A DNA stretch of 63,656 bases, counting the filler, from Choristocarpus tenellus KU-1152 (lineage: Eukaryota; Protista; Phaeophyceae): the NCBI GenBank assembly GCA_964200185.2. It is 11 parts of 11 records of this genome, joined end to end, with 100 filler letters (N's around TTAATTAATTAA, not from the genome) between each part and the next. Parts side by side here need not be neighbours in the genome. Positions count along the whole stretch, not along the records: positions 25,570 to 28,644 come from CAXNAD020022504.1; positions 28,745 to 31,758 come from CAXNAD020022936.1; positions 31,859 to 35,915 come from CAXNAD020016446.1; positions 36,016 to 39,620 come from CAXNAD020018998.1; 7 more parts are not named here. One strand, given 5' to 3'. The notes beneath the pieces are model-generated. The model was not told where the DNA came from. It did not search any database and worked only from the letters and a program-made list of their open reading frames with translations. Shown one piece after another: positions 25,470-37,627 of the stretch. A program made the position numbers and the translations under genes. The number at the start of each line of letters is the position of its first letter. The stretch's first letter is position 1.

Positions 25470-28400
25470 NNNNNNNNNNNNNNNNNNNNNNNNNNNNNNN
25501 NNNNNNNNNNNNNTTAATTAATTAANNNNNNNNNNNNNNNNNNNNNNNNNNNNNNNNNNNNNNNNNNNNTTAAGACCGTTTTCGCAAAACAACCATCCTC
25601 ATAGTCCCGCTCCATCCTCAATTTTGCGAATCCACTGTTAGTGGGTAGAAAACAGGTTGTAGAACGGCTGGCAGCCGTAATTGCTTATGTGTCATCACAC
25701 TTGAAGGTCTCTTGTTCGAACTCTTTTTCTAAGGACAGTTGAAAAACTAACACAAGAAATCTTCACCAGTAGTAGTCAATCTTGGTTACACTTTCCTGCC
25801 TGTTGTTTGTGCCACTACCTGGTATAGGGTAGTTGTTGGTCCTTAAAGATTTATACACAATAAGCAAGAATAAAATTTCACTGCCATTGGTAAGAGCAAA
25901 CTATAAATAATACGCACGACCAAGAGCAGAGACATGCACCTACCAAAGAGGGAAGAAACCACCTTTTTTCGCAACAGCCAGGCAACTAACGACTAGGGAC
26001 TGACACCATTTGAGGAAGTAGTAGTTTGGTGAATGGTGTCTGACTCTGCTCCCTGCAGCAACGACAGGAGGACTAGTCATTTTCCTTTTGCAAGACAAAC
26101 GACCTCCCACCGTACATGATGATGCACACAACACAATTTTAGACAATTTTAGAAACTACACCACACAAGGAGCATTCACAGAGGAGAGTTTGCTTCCTCT
26201 TCCAACCAACAAACTACCTGCAGCTAGATTTAGATTGAGGTTGGCAACCTCACCCATTCATGTATCCAAAATTATGAGACACACAATGAAGGATACACCT
26301 TTCACTAAAAAGTAGGAGCAAGGAGGATAACACAAGCGCCAAACTGACTACAGCAGTAGGGATCGGTCCTCCAAGTAAGAGGTGTGAGGGATACATCCCA
26401 AGCAAAGGCTGGTAACACAGTAAAAGGCGGTCTGACAACCACTACATCAAACAACAACACCCAAGCAAGAAGTACCTTGCATGCTCTTCTCGTGAATCAC
26501 AATGGAATAATCAATTCCAAAGATGGATGTAGATCGTGCCATATCAATAGTCAACAAAACCAGTGCATCACCAGTCAGCCCTCCCTACCCTCCAGGGTAA
26601 CACCAGCAGCAGTAGCAGCGACAGATCACAACTGAGTCACGGAGTTGTATGAATATTCTGTGGGACCTGGTTTCAAAAGGGATACCTTTCCCCCTCCTCC
26701 CCCACAGTAAACCCAGGTGCACCTTTACAATGGGCAATCACAGCCCACTTCAACGCCTAGATAGATGACCCATAACTCCATCAGCCAATCAATATTCGTG
26801 CTAGTCAGGACATCCTCTGTTGATACAACAGTACCCTAGCCGATCTCCCCTTGCCTGCTTTCCAAACCCTTGGGCTCACTGGGTGTGTGAACTATCATAC
26901 ACCAAAATATTATTAAATTTAATCCCTCAAGGGTACACCTCTACAATAACCCAACCAACAGGACAGGGGGTTCTCAAAAATTCCTGCTGGCGTGTATAGC
27001 TGCCACGCCCTTCTTCTACGCCTCCTCACTATGCAAACCTGGTTCACCGCACGCAAGTGTATCACATCACCCACCATAGGTGCTGTACGATTACCCCAGC
27101 CAGCAACTCTTGTTCCCCTACAAGAAAACAAAACTACTCAGGTGCCAGGTGTAGAAATGAGCACACCATTGCTGCTTCCAAAATTCCTTTAGTTACAACT
27201 GAAACATCAAAGGGCACATGAAGCATCCATTTGACCAATCATGCGCAACGTTAGAAGAGCACACGTTTCTCTTCCAAGGGTAGTGCAAGCAATATGCCCA
27301 TGTCCTCCTCGAGCCCAAGCCTCTCCCACTATTGCATTATGTACCATTATTGCGTGTGCCAACACACACGCACGAATCAAACATCCCAAATACATATACC
27401 AAACCTTCACAAGCGCAAGATGAGAAAAACAAACCGACAGGGACCACTTCACCTTCCACAGGAGTACCAACACCCACCACCAACATGGAAGCCTGCTCGA
27501 GGAATGCACAAATTCACTACCCACTTCTAGGTGGAATACTAAAAATCACTATCCATAGCAAGTTGGAGCAAGAGTGTTAGGCGGAGTGTTACAAAAAACA
27601 CCATGTCCACCAATAGAGCTGCTACCAACGCCCACATTCAGCCAATGGGAACCATTCACCCTATAACCCTAACCCTCTAGGTCCACGCAGAATAAGAGTA
27701 AACACCAGGCTCAGCTAGCACATCTCAAGGCTTTCCCACCCCTATGTCCATATCCCCAAGCAGGGGCTGTTCTTTGTCCTTTGAGGCACCTGTCATCATC
27801 GCCCACTTCTCTGCAAGTTCTATGTTACCCTTCATTTGGAAGGCACTTCAAAGAACAGTGTTTTGGTTTTTTGTTACATAAAGGGATGCAAAAAAATAAA
27901 GAAAATTAGAAGGGAAAGAAGGGGGGGGGGAGGTGGGGGGGGGAGTGGACAGGCAAAGGACTAACAGGGATACATGATGCTCAACGCAAATTTATTGGAA
28001 AGGCCTGATTCTATAGGCACTCTTTTTCTTGAACTCAAATACATAGAAATATGAAAAAATCACTGTTTCGAATGTTTCTTAAAATCAAAGTAGACAACTT
28101 CGAGGGTTAGGGTTAGGGTCACCAAGAAAAAATTATGTAGTCACAAAGGTTACAGTGAGGGTCACAACTATTACAAAATTCACAACTGATACAAAATACA
28201 CACTAAATACTCTGGGATAGTGCTTTGCCTTAGGGTTAAGGCTGCGCACCTTGCCACCAAGCCCATCATCTCCGTGTTCATCTGTAGGTCATACTTGGAC
28301 ATCCGAGAGACCAACCCATCCAGACCAGCCTTCCCAACAAAAGGTACAGCATCAAGAGAGGACAAAAAGAGGCGCAAAGACGTTTACGAAAAATTACGGA

Positions 28401-29289
28401 AAAGGTACGGCTGAGAATATTAATAATATAATGTAATATAATAGCACTACGTTGGTTGCAGATGGCATGTTCTAGCACTAACAACTACTGTACAATAAAA
28501 ATTATAATTATTTATCCAAAACTTGACAGCAATCAAAAGAAGCAACAACTACATGATATTATTGATAGGAGTTACACAGATATTTGTCAGTTGAAACAAT
28601 TCCATCACATGATAAAAAAAAATAGGGCAATGCTGGGGGGGGTGNNNNNNNNNNNNNNNNNNNNNNNNNNNNNNNNNNNNNNNNNNNNTTAATTAATTAA
28701 NNNNNNNNNNNNNNNNNNNNNNNNNNNNNNNNNNNNNNNNNNNNCCCCCTCCCAGATACTTTGGGTCAGAATGCGATTATTTCAAAGTGCAGCATGTGCA
28801 CACCTGCTATAAGTGTGGCACGGTTGGTTGTCGTATGTTGTATCTGTATTCAAGATGACACAACTGACGTGACTTATAATTCCAGGCCCACGATTGCAAT
28901 ACTTTTTGAGGGTCTTGTCCAGAGATCCCCAGAAACATAAAGGTATAGCAGGTTACATGGCACCCTAGACACAATGTTTGTAGCTTCCCTCGATTTATTG
29001 CACATTAATGTATTTTTATCCTTGTATGTGATGTTTCTTTTTAAGAGGTATCCACCCATGTACCATGCTATCATTATGGTGCAAGTCTCCCCCACCTCTT
29101 AATTGTTAATCCTTGGTGATTTTTTTGCCTGGGTACGGCAATCGACTTGGAAGGGGGACTTACGTAAAAGAGTTTGTTGTGCGTACCCCGTGTTAGTAGT
29201 AAGGATCTTTGATCACCCTAACCTCTTACCACCAGGTCAGTTTTGGCATTCCCCAAGTACGTACAAGAATAATACAGGAACAGTTTCGG

Positions 29290-29430
29290 AGTAGGTAAAA
29301 TGTATACATTATGAAACAATGTGTCCGGAACAAGGATGTTGACTCTTCCTAACAAGCACAATAGCCAAAATTACATCAAAATGCGTGAAAGTATCGTAGA
29401 GGGTACAGGTTTTGCTCTGTGTCCGTTGAT
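29290..29430 (+). mobile_element. MITE fragments (GAG-type family), internal part abutting a second terminus
   Basis: gtgtccggaacaaggatgttgactcttcctaacaagcacaatagccaaaattacatcaaaat is followed directly by gcgtgaaagtatcgtagagggtac. A further internal fragment lies at ~29805-29970. Confidence 0.6.
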
Positions 29431-32400
29431 GTTCGTAGATAGTGCTGATGATACAAGTAGATACCACCGGTGGATTAGATAATAGGATGGAGAACCAGTG
29501 ACAGATATATTATATGTACTGACTCATAGTGTTCATTGGTTTTTATATCATGTTCAAGATACACTTCCTATACTTCAGATAAGGAAATAAGTAATTCATA
29601 GTAAATTAGTGTGGACGATTGCAAACCCCACACTGTGGAATAATATAGTAGTTTAGGCCAGTCTCATCCACATGCTCAGTCATCGGAATCGGGACAATAA
29701 AGACCCTTCCAATATCAACTTTGTTCATCTACATCAAGCTGTTCTTTGTCCTTCTTTTAAAGCATCATAGAAGCCGTGGGTCCAGTATGGGATAGTTCAA
29801 CATTTGAGGCTTAACTTCCCACGGTTTTTTTAATGACCTTTTCCTACTCCGAAATGTTTTGGAGTAGGTGAGTTGTATACGTTATGAAGAGGTGTATCCG
29901 GAACAAAGATATTGACACTTCCTAAAAAACATAATAGCCAAAATTACATCAAAATTCTTTGACTTTCGGACAAGACAACAGAAAAGTAGTCACATAAAGG
30001 TGGCCCTTAGTAATATTTGTGGTGAGCTCAGGCATCCATTCGAGGTTTTTCTGACCGTGTAGTGGTTTTCGTGTCTATAGTTTGGACGTGCCAGATGTAC
30101 AGGCATTTCCTTTCATCTGGATGCACTTTCCTTTTCCACCCCCCTGCCTTGACCAATCTGAAGAAATCATGCACAAGCGACGTTCTACTGGAGTGGTTTC
30201 CAACACCCCACCAAGTCACGAATGGACGACCTGGGTAAAAAGCCCCATATCCTCCACGATGGTTTGTGTGTCCTCCGTCTCAACTGCAACTCAAGAAAAG
30301 AGTGACCAACACAGCACTATATTGCGCCCATATTGTTGATCCTATCCTAGAGTATTTTACATCAAATGATCCAATAGAAGATTTTGAGGTATAATCCAAC
30401 CTTGCAGGGACTTAGGAAGACTATAGTTGAGGAGCTGGCGTTGAAGTGTAGAGTCAGAACCATTGGTTTGTTTCATCAACCAGTGGAAAATATCATGGGT
30501 CTATCATGTCAAATGTTTGGATAAGCACGTTAAAATGCGTTAAACAATTCTTGATTGGGGAAGCATTTGGAACGTCGAATTTGCAGGCGTGGAATATATT
30601 CTTAGGATTAGGGTTAAGTTCAGGTTTGTTGAAAAAAGTCCAGGTTGATTATGAGGGTGTCGATAGCCCAAGCGTTCGACGATAGATATATGAGTCATAG
30701 GTCCGCTCATTTCTTGTGTCGTACTTTCTATTAGTACCAGTACCGCCATTTGCCAGATTATAGATATCAAGTGCAATACTTACCTTGATGATAATGTTAC
30801 TAGGATCAGCCGTTCATACAGCATACTCATATCTGGTGGCGCTTGCGCTGTCGATTTCTGAAATGGACTTCAGCACTGGTATCAACCTATTAATACATCG
30901 ATAGTTTGGAATTCTTATACTGCCCTTTTCTCCTTGGGTATAGAGATTCAGTGTATTGATATACGTCCTGAATAAAATACCTACTACAAATGTATTCCAG
31001 CTCGGTAGTAGTATTAGTACCAAGCCTCAGTCGGTGTATCAGCATCTGCTGATCCAACACATCGCCTTTCATCCACCACTATTGAAATCGTAGGTACAGT
31101 TGGTTCCTTGTCCTCAACTGCTTGGCTGAGGTGACCCTCTTGGCGATCACTGGTGTGATTGAAATGTGTTGACCTGTTAAGGACTCCAGTGTCCCTTCTG
31201 CCTGTGGCACAGCCTCCAAACCTATCTTTAAGATGTTGTACAAGGTATCGTTCTCTCGCCAGCCAACCTCCTGCCTTTTGTGCCGAGACGCACTTCACCT
31301 TCCTTTTGGTCTGTTCCTCCAACATGTGCTTACATGACTCAGATGGGAAGTCGCTACCCTCATGCGTAGGTTTATTCTACATACATAGGAAACTATCATA
31401 TTCAACCCTATCAGAATCTGGGCTGAAAATACATGCTGTCTCACCCTGCCTAGGTGCTTCCACTGAATTGTTGCTGGGCGAATTCCGTATTTGTTAAGAA
31501 TATGCTTTTTATTCACGTGTAAGGGATGTTTCTGTGGGAGAAACATTGAGTTGTTGAACTATTTTTTGGATGACGGGATAATTGATAGTAATGTCTTAGT
31601 CAGGTGACTACGAAAATATTGTCCGGATTATTATAGTACAACAAGAATCGTAGAAAAGGAATGTTGTAGCAAGTAACATACAAGTAACACAGATTGAGTG
31701 ACGAGTTATTAGTGATCAGTGATGAATGAAAGGTTTATCACCCCCCTTCTTGAACGAGNNNNNNNNNNNNNNNNNNNNNNNNNNNNNNNNNNNNNNNNNN
31801 NNTTAATTAATTAANNNNNNNNNNNNNNNNNNNNNNNNNNNNNNNNNNNNNNNNNNNNCCCCAGATACTTTGACCCGGATCCATAAAATTCGCCCCCATA
31901 ATATCTATAACACGTCCATAAAAATTCAGTAATCGTGCGTCTGCACGAAAACAATCATACCCATATTTGGGGGTCCCCATATTTGTGCATCTAAGACACA
32001 TGCCCAACACCTCAAAAAGTGTGACTCTATTCCACAAAAAATGTTCCCCGCCGATTACAAGGCTTCGCTTCCTGCTGCAAAGATATTGCTACATAGTTGT
32101 AATAGAAACTATTCTTGCGTACAGACCAGGATAGACAGCCCCCCTTCCCTTTCCACCTGTACTTCAACCGTTTTTTCAAGTGATTTTTATGTGATTTTGG
32201 TGAATGGTTCAATTGAAGGTGCATTGTTTTTATCTGGACGTACATTTCTTTCTTTCTCCCCACCTTTAAAAACGTAAGTGTATGTGTATTCTCTGTGTTT
32301 TTTTTAATCATTCGTATATTTCTGATTGCGTTGACGCAAAGATGGAAAATTAGGTCATGAAATGTTGTATATCTCATAGACTTAAGTCGGATTTCGATCC

Positions 32401-32684
32401 AAATTTGTGAGGGTTGTGGTACGGACTTCGAGAGGAGGCGATGGACAGGAGCAGGAAAGAAGGGAAATGGAACGACGGAGTGGAGAAGGTTCGATATGGT
32501 TCGACTCTTTTTCTCTTGTGTGATTTTTAGGAGAGGCATCGTTAAAAGGAATGAGTGGGTTGAACACTTGTTGAGGCAGAGGAAACGATGTTATTGATAC
32601 TTTTTTTTTCCCTAGTTGTATATTATGTTTATCTTGATACATACATTTTGCACGCACTGCCCTCTCTCCATTGCTAAGTACAAA

Positions 32685-32945
32685 GAGCGAAAGTGTTTAA
32701 GAGGGTAGGAGTTTTGTCCTGTTTGTTCGTTCGGGGCTTGGCTTCTTCTCACGGGTTATATATGCGTTTTTCGGTTTTCTGTGTGAACCCAGTTTCCTAA
32801 AAGGTATACGACTATGAGAGGTGCGTCCAGAGCAAGGATACTGACACTTCCTAACAAACACGATTTTCAAAATTACATCAAAATCGCAACATTAGATTTT
32901 GGACCCCGAACAGACGTGGCCCTAACCTCTAAAAAACTTTGACTC
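32685..32945 (+). mobile_element. Complete 261-bp MITE (GAG-type), imperfect TIRs, AAA target-site duplication
   Basis: Left end gagcgaaagtgtttaagagggtagg; right end cctaacctctaaaaaactttgactc; flanks aaa (32682-32684) and aaa (32946-32948). Internal sequence is shared with 21937-, 25266-, 29290- and 29805-. Confidence 0.8.
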
Positions 32946-33479
32946 AAATCTCCTCGGTTTTCACCAATTCATGCATTTTTCCGAAGTAGTGACAAATAGA
33001 TTTGTCTACGTTTTGACACCAAGAACACAACATTTACCAACTCCAAATCGACCTGCAGAGTTATAAGAAAGTCCACAATGTGTACTCCAAAGTTCAAACC
33101 GTGGAGGTCAAAGGCAGTAATTCGACAGATGACAGTAAACAAACTAAACAAAAAAACTTAATGCGCTAAAAAAAAGGCAAGACATAAATTTACATTTACT
33201 CAGGCACATTCTCTCCCCCACTGTTTCTATCCTCCTGGGGCTGCTGGAGCACAGTTGCTACTAGCTGAAGGAATCTCCTCTGGCCTTTCTCCACTGGCAC
33301 AGCCCACCTCTGTTACCTACTCACAACACCACACCTCCAATCCTGGCCCTTAGAACGTCAGTATTACTAGTAGCCCATTGTGGTTGTTGCAAATGAGGCC
33401 TAGGAGTTGTTAATAGGACTATCGCTCCACAGCATTGTTGCAACAGGTTCATCTGAGTACGTGTAATCTCAAGATTGGT

Positions 33480-33990
33480 GGGTGTAACTCTGAATATCTG
33501 CTATATGGTTGTATGACATGGGCGCTCCACCAGGTCCATGACCTGAAGCTTCACCCTCTTTACCACATATTCCTATAACGTTGTGTTGGATTTCATAAAC
33601 GAGTGTGCACTGCTCATATCCTCTTCTACAAAGATGCTCTTGTGAAGACTGGGTGTGAAAGTATTGAGTGAGGCGATGGTGCGCAAACAGAGACTCTTAT
33701 CTAGTTGGCAGTTGCACACAAGGGGGAAGAGTGACTTCCAAAAGGTGTTGATGTTTGGTGAGCTTGCGACTGGAAAATGGGACCAAGGTGGAGGCAGGAG
33801 AAGAACTGGTGGATATGTCTCCAAAATGACCTTGAGAAGTTCGGCATCATGACCGATTTTGGAATACCATGGTTACAAACCAACCGAAGAAGTGGTATGA
33901 GTGTGTAGCGCTGTTAGGACAATGAGCTTCATGGCAGAGTGACATTCCAAGGAGGCTGTGACAGCTATTGCATGGTCATGCCAGTGCAAC
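33480..33990 (+). mobile_element. Degenerate 3' part of an RTE-clade LINE ORF (post-RT region)
   Basis: Frameshifted translation EYLLYGCMTWAL...RCVGFHKR..HILFYKDALVKTGCESIE..VRKQRLL...VLMFGELATGK..GGG..NWWICLQNDLEKFGI matches the RTE C-terminal pattern (LLYGCxTW; FGEL..G.R..G; W...L..DL...GI). Confidence 0.75.
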
Positions 33991-34978
33991 ACCTAAAGGT
34001 CACTCAAGCAATCAACACCAACACTGTTCACTGTCTGTTGAATATTCCTTTTTTATGGTAATATCTTTTTGGGAGATTTTTTTTCTAACCCCCCCTTGGT
34101 CTTTTCGTTTCCTTTCTCTTCCCCCCAAATGCTATTTTTTGGTCGTAGTACTTCACCTGCAGTTTCTGTTCCTCTTTGTCTTCTTTTCTCCTTTTTCTTC
34201 CACAAATGATTTGCTTTTCTTTTAGTAGTCATTGTTGCCTTTCTCAAGGATTGTGTATTGGTGATTGCCTTCTTACGACTGCCTTTTCCATGATGGGTCT
34301 GGGATCTCTCACACTAAGGACGATGAACAGTAGTTTAATAAATGCAACAATAGTAATCATAATAATCAAAATATTTGTATATTACACAAATATTAGAATA
34401 ACAAAAGCTCGTCCATAACGAATCATTGGGCATCCTTGACACTTACTGGATAGGGTGCCTGTGTCCTTCGTCAATCCCGCTAGACTTAAGTCCCTTCAAT
34501 GCCAGACTTATTTTCATCCGATCCCATACTTATTATAATGAAGATTTGGTTTTGATTATCTGATTTGATATATCAAGGACAACGGATTGTAACCTGTAAG
34601 ATAATATCATATCCTGTTCTGTGGCTGAGACGCCACAAAAACGCCAGGATTTAAAATTGAGGTGGAAACTTCAAGTCGGTTCCAACACAAGACCACAAGA
34701 TTCAAGGGAGGAGATGGAGGGACAATAGTGGGAGTGTCGAACACAACGTATGAGAAGCAAGGCAGGAACGGAGGCAGCACAATAGTAGTTTATTTATAAT
34801 GGTGAGAAAAACAGCACAGTGTGAAATGCCTCTGACCACGGGTCGGGATAGTCTCTAGATTAGGGTTTTACTTAGGGTTCCGGTTTAATCAGTGGTACGG
34901 TATGACTAAGAGAAAACTGTTGGTGGTACATGTACGTGGAGTTTCTTGCGTTGTTTAGGAGTAAAATGCAGTAGCATG

Positions 34979-35915
34979 TTTTATATTTTATTTTTTTCCC
35001 TGTGATATTTCACAGATGTGTCAGGGGAAAAAACAATGAAACTATTCATATGTCATAAAAATCCCTAAGAATGCGAATACATTATCTATTTACTATTTTA
35101 CTACCACCTATGGTGTACCACTGCCTTCCCGTGCCTCCAACCTAGCTTATTCCTGCACCTTAGGGTGAGGATCTAGGGCCCAAGAATATAACAAGCCTCT
35201 CCTTGCCCATATCCCTGCTGTCTCCAGCTTAAGACGCATGGCACGTCTAGACAGGGCCACCTGCGTTGTAACAGAGACTATTTGTTGTAGGCAGGATTTG
35301 ACCACCCCTTTCCTCCTGTAGCCTCCAGTCCCTCTCCCCCCTCCTACCACGTGCGTAGCTAGCTCATCCAGGAAATTTTCCGTTTGCTTGCCGAGACACC
35401 CAAAACTTTCCACCAAGAAGGTGTTGAGGTTGTAGCTTTATTATTATTATTATTACTATTATTATGCCCTCTGACATTTTGCAGATCTGTCAGGGGGAAA
35501 ACAAATGAAATCTATACATATGTCAGTGTAAGTCCTAAAGAAATAAGTATCATAAATGTGAAAACACTATTATACACTGTAAGTGTGAAAATCACCACTA
35601 ATCTATCAGTTACTTCACCACTATTAATTTTGTAGTACTGGCTTCCGGTGCTTCCTATCTATCTACTCCTGCGCCCCGGGGGGGGGAACTAGGGAGGCAT
35701 ACCAAGAATCCAACAAACCTCTCCGTGCCCATCTCCCTGGTGACTCTAGTTTAAAGTACATGACATTTCGAGACAATGCCACTTGTGTAGTCACTGAGAC
35801 AATTTGGCGTAGCCGGGATTTAACTACTCCTTTCCTTCAATATCCTCTCGCTCCTCTCCCCCCTACCATGTGAGTAGCCAGCTCATCCAGGGAGCATTCC
35901 GCTTGCTTGCTGAAG
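34979..35915 (-). mobile_element. Two abutting 5'-truncated copies of an RLE-type (CRE/R2-like) non-LTR retrotransposon
   Basis: Copy A ~35437-34979 encodes TFLVESFGCLGKQTENFLDELATHVVGG..RKGVVKSCLQQIVSVTTQVALSRR, the C-terminus after the restriction-like endonuclease. Copy B 35915-35438 ends in a hairpin and a (TAA)n tail at 35438-35465. Confidence 0.8.
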
Positions 35916-36427
35916 NNNNNNNNNNNNNNNNNNNNNNNNNNNNNNNNNNNNNNNNNNNNTTAATTAATTAANNNNNNNNNNNNNNNNNNNNNNNNNNNNN
36001 NNNNNNNNNNNNNNNTCTCCATGTTGTGCTTCCCCTCCCCACCCCCCTCTCCCCCAAGGACTGATTCTTACATTGTATTAGTTTGGAAACACCATTCTCC
36101 ATGGCATGATTAATGCATACCTCTCTCTCTGATTGAGTGAGTGCATTAGTTGGTTTGGAGTTTTTGTTCTACCTCATGATTACATTGGATGCTACTGAAT
36201 TTCAACCCTCTAGATATTGATAGTTATTGGTGCACTCTTCACGAACAGCTCACCTGATCCGTTGCCTACATCATGCCAATAATGAAGCTTACAGCCCTGG
36301 CTTGCCTCTTTAAGGGTGACTGGAGTATGATTTGTTGCCTTGGAATTATGCTCCCGAGTCCTCTGTTTTGTCTTACACCAATTTACACCAATTTTGTTCT
36401 TTTATTTTATTGTTCTTATTGTGGAAG

Positions 36428-37435
36428 GCGGTGTGTTCGACTTCAAACGACAAAGCTGTGACAAACCTTGTTGCAACCCTAATGGGCGACAAGCGTTTGG
36501 AACGCATTACCATCTTTGCAGGCGATATTGTTGAGAAAAAAAAGCCCTCACCAGATATCTACAACCTGGCCAAGGTGAGTAGTATGTTGTATTCATACGA
36601 TAAAAACCAAAAAATAGTCACGATTCTTGTGTTCTGATGAAGTAAACTCTTGAGAGACACCGCAAGGGTTCTCTACTTGGCATGGAGTGCAACTATTTCC
36701 AAGTATAATACTGTAGCTGGCTACATGAAAAGCATTTAATTCAAGATTCTCACGTGTGAGTACACTATTGATGAGGTTGTGTTAGAAAATGTTATAGTAC
36801 AAGACGTGCTTGCTACATCAAGAGAACTTCGAAATAGAGCTGTGGAGTGGTAAATGCCATTCATTCTACACCTTTCTAATACTAGTGACTTTTGGTACTA
36901 TTAGTATAGGGATATAATGCATCATGCACTGTCTATCCCTCTGTCAATGCCATTGTCAATGGTCAGGACACCTTGGGACTGGACCCTGCTCGTGTGGTTG
37001 TGATTGAGGATTCTTACATTGGACTAACATCCGCCAAGGCTGCTGGGATGAACTGCTTGGTAAGAGCAACAGATATTGCTTTTGAGGCATGGAGGAATTA
37101 AAAATGCCGAACAAACATCTACAGTGCAGTCTATACTGGTAATAAAAAGTTAATATTTTGAACATCATGATCTCTTGCCTAGACCTACAGCACAATTTGG
37201 TTGCTAATTAGGCACATTGACGAAGACCAAATTGTCCTATGTACGAGTCTCTCTCTCACACAAACACACACACACACCTTGTCTCAACCAGGTTACTCGC
37301 AGTTCATATACAAAGGATGAGGATTTCTCTGCTGCAGATAAGGTGGTGGATGAGCTTGGGAAAGACCCAACTCTGCTCGACTCAGTCACCTTGGCCACAT
37401 TGGGTGAAATAGTAGACGCAAGGGTCAAGAACTAG
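36428..37435 (+). CDS. cbbY: CbbY-like HAD-superfamily (subfamily IA) phosphatase, last three exons only
   Basis: Exons 36428-36574, 36967-37059, 37292-37435 (TAG): AVCSTSNDKAV..IFAGDIVEKKKPSPDIYNLAK|DTLGLDPARVVVIEDSYIGLTSAKAAGMNCL|VTRSSYTKDEDFSAADKVVDELG. These are HAD motifs II-IV in the form typical of CbbY. The 5' exons (DxD motif I) are not in this contig. Confidence 0.88.
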
Positions 37436-37587
37436 TGTTGTGCGCTGAATGATTCTCCTTACACAGAATGTGCCCTTACCTTTCCAAGACCTCAACTCAT
37501 AGCTGTGGAGAGTAGGGGGGGGGGGGGGGGGCCCAACGAGGGGGAAGGGTAAGGCTGTTGCAAATTTACTAATNNNNNNNNNNCTTG

Positions 37588-37627
<40 letters not shown>

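Noticed and set aside
32027-32539. 170-aa minus-strand ORF
   Set aside because: AT-rich, Lys-biased, with no motifs or splice context; likely spurious.
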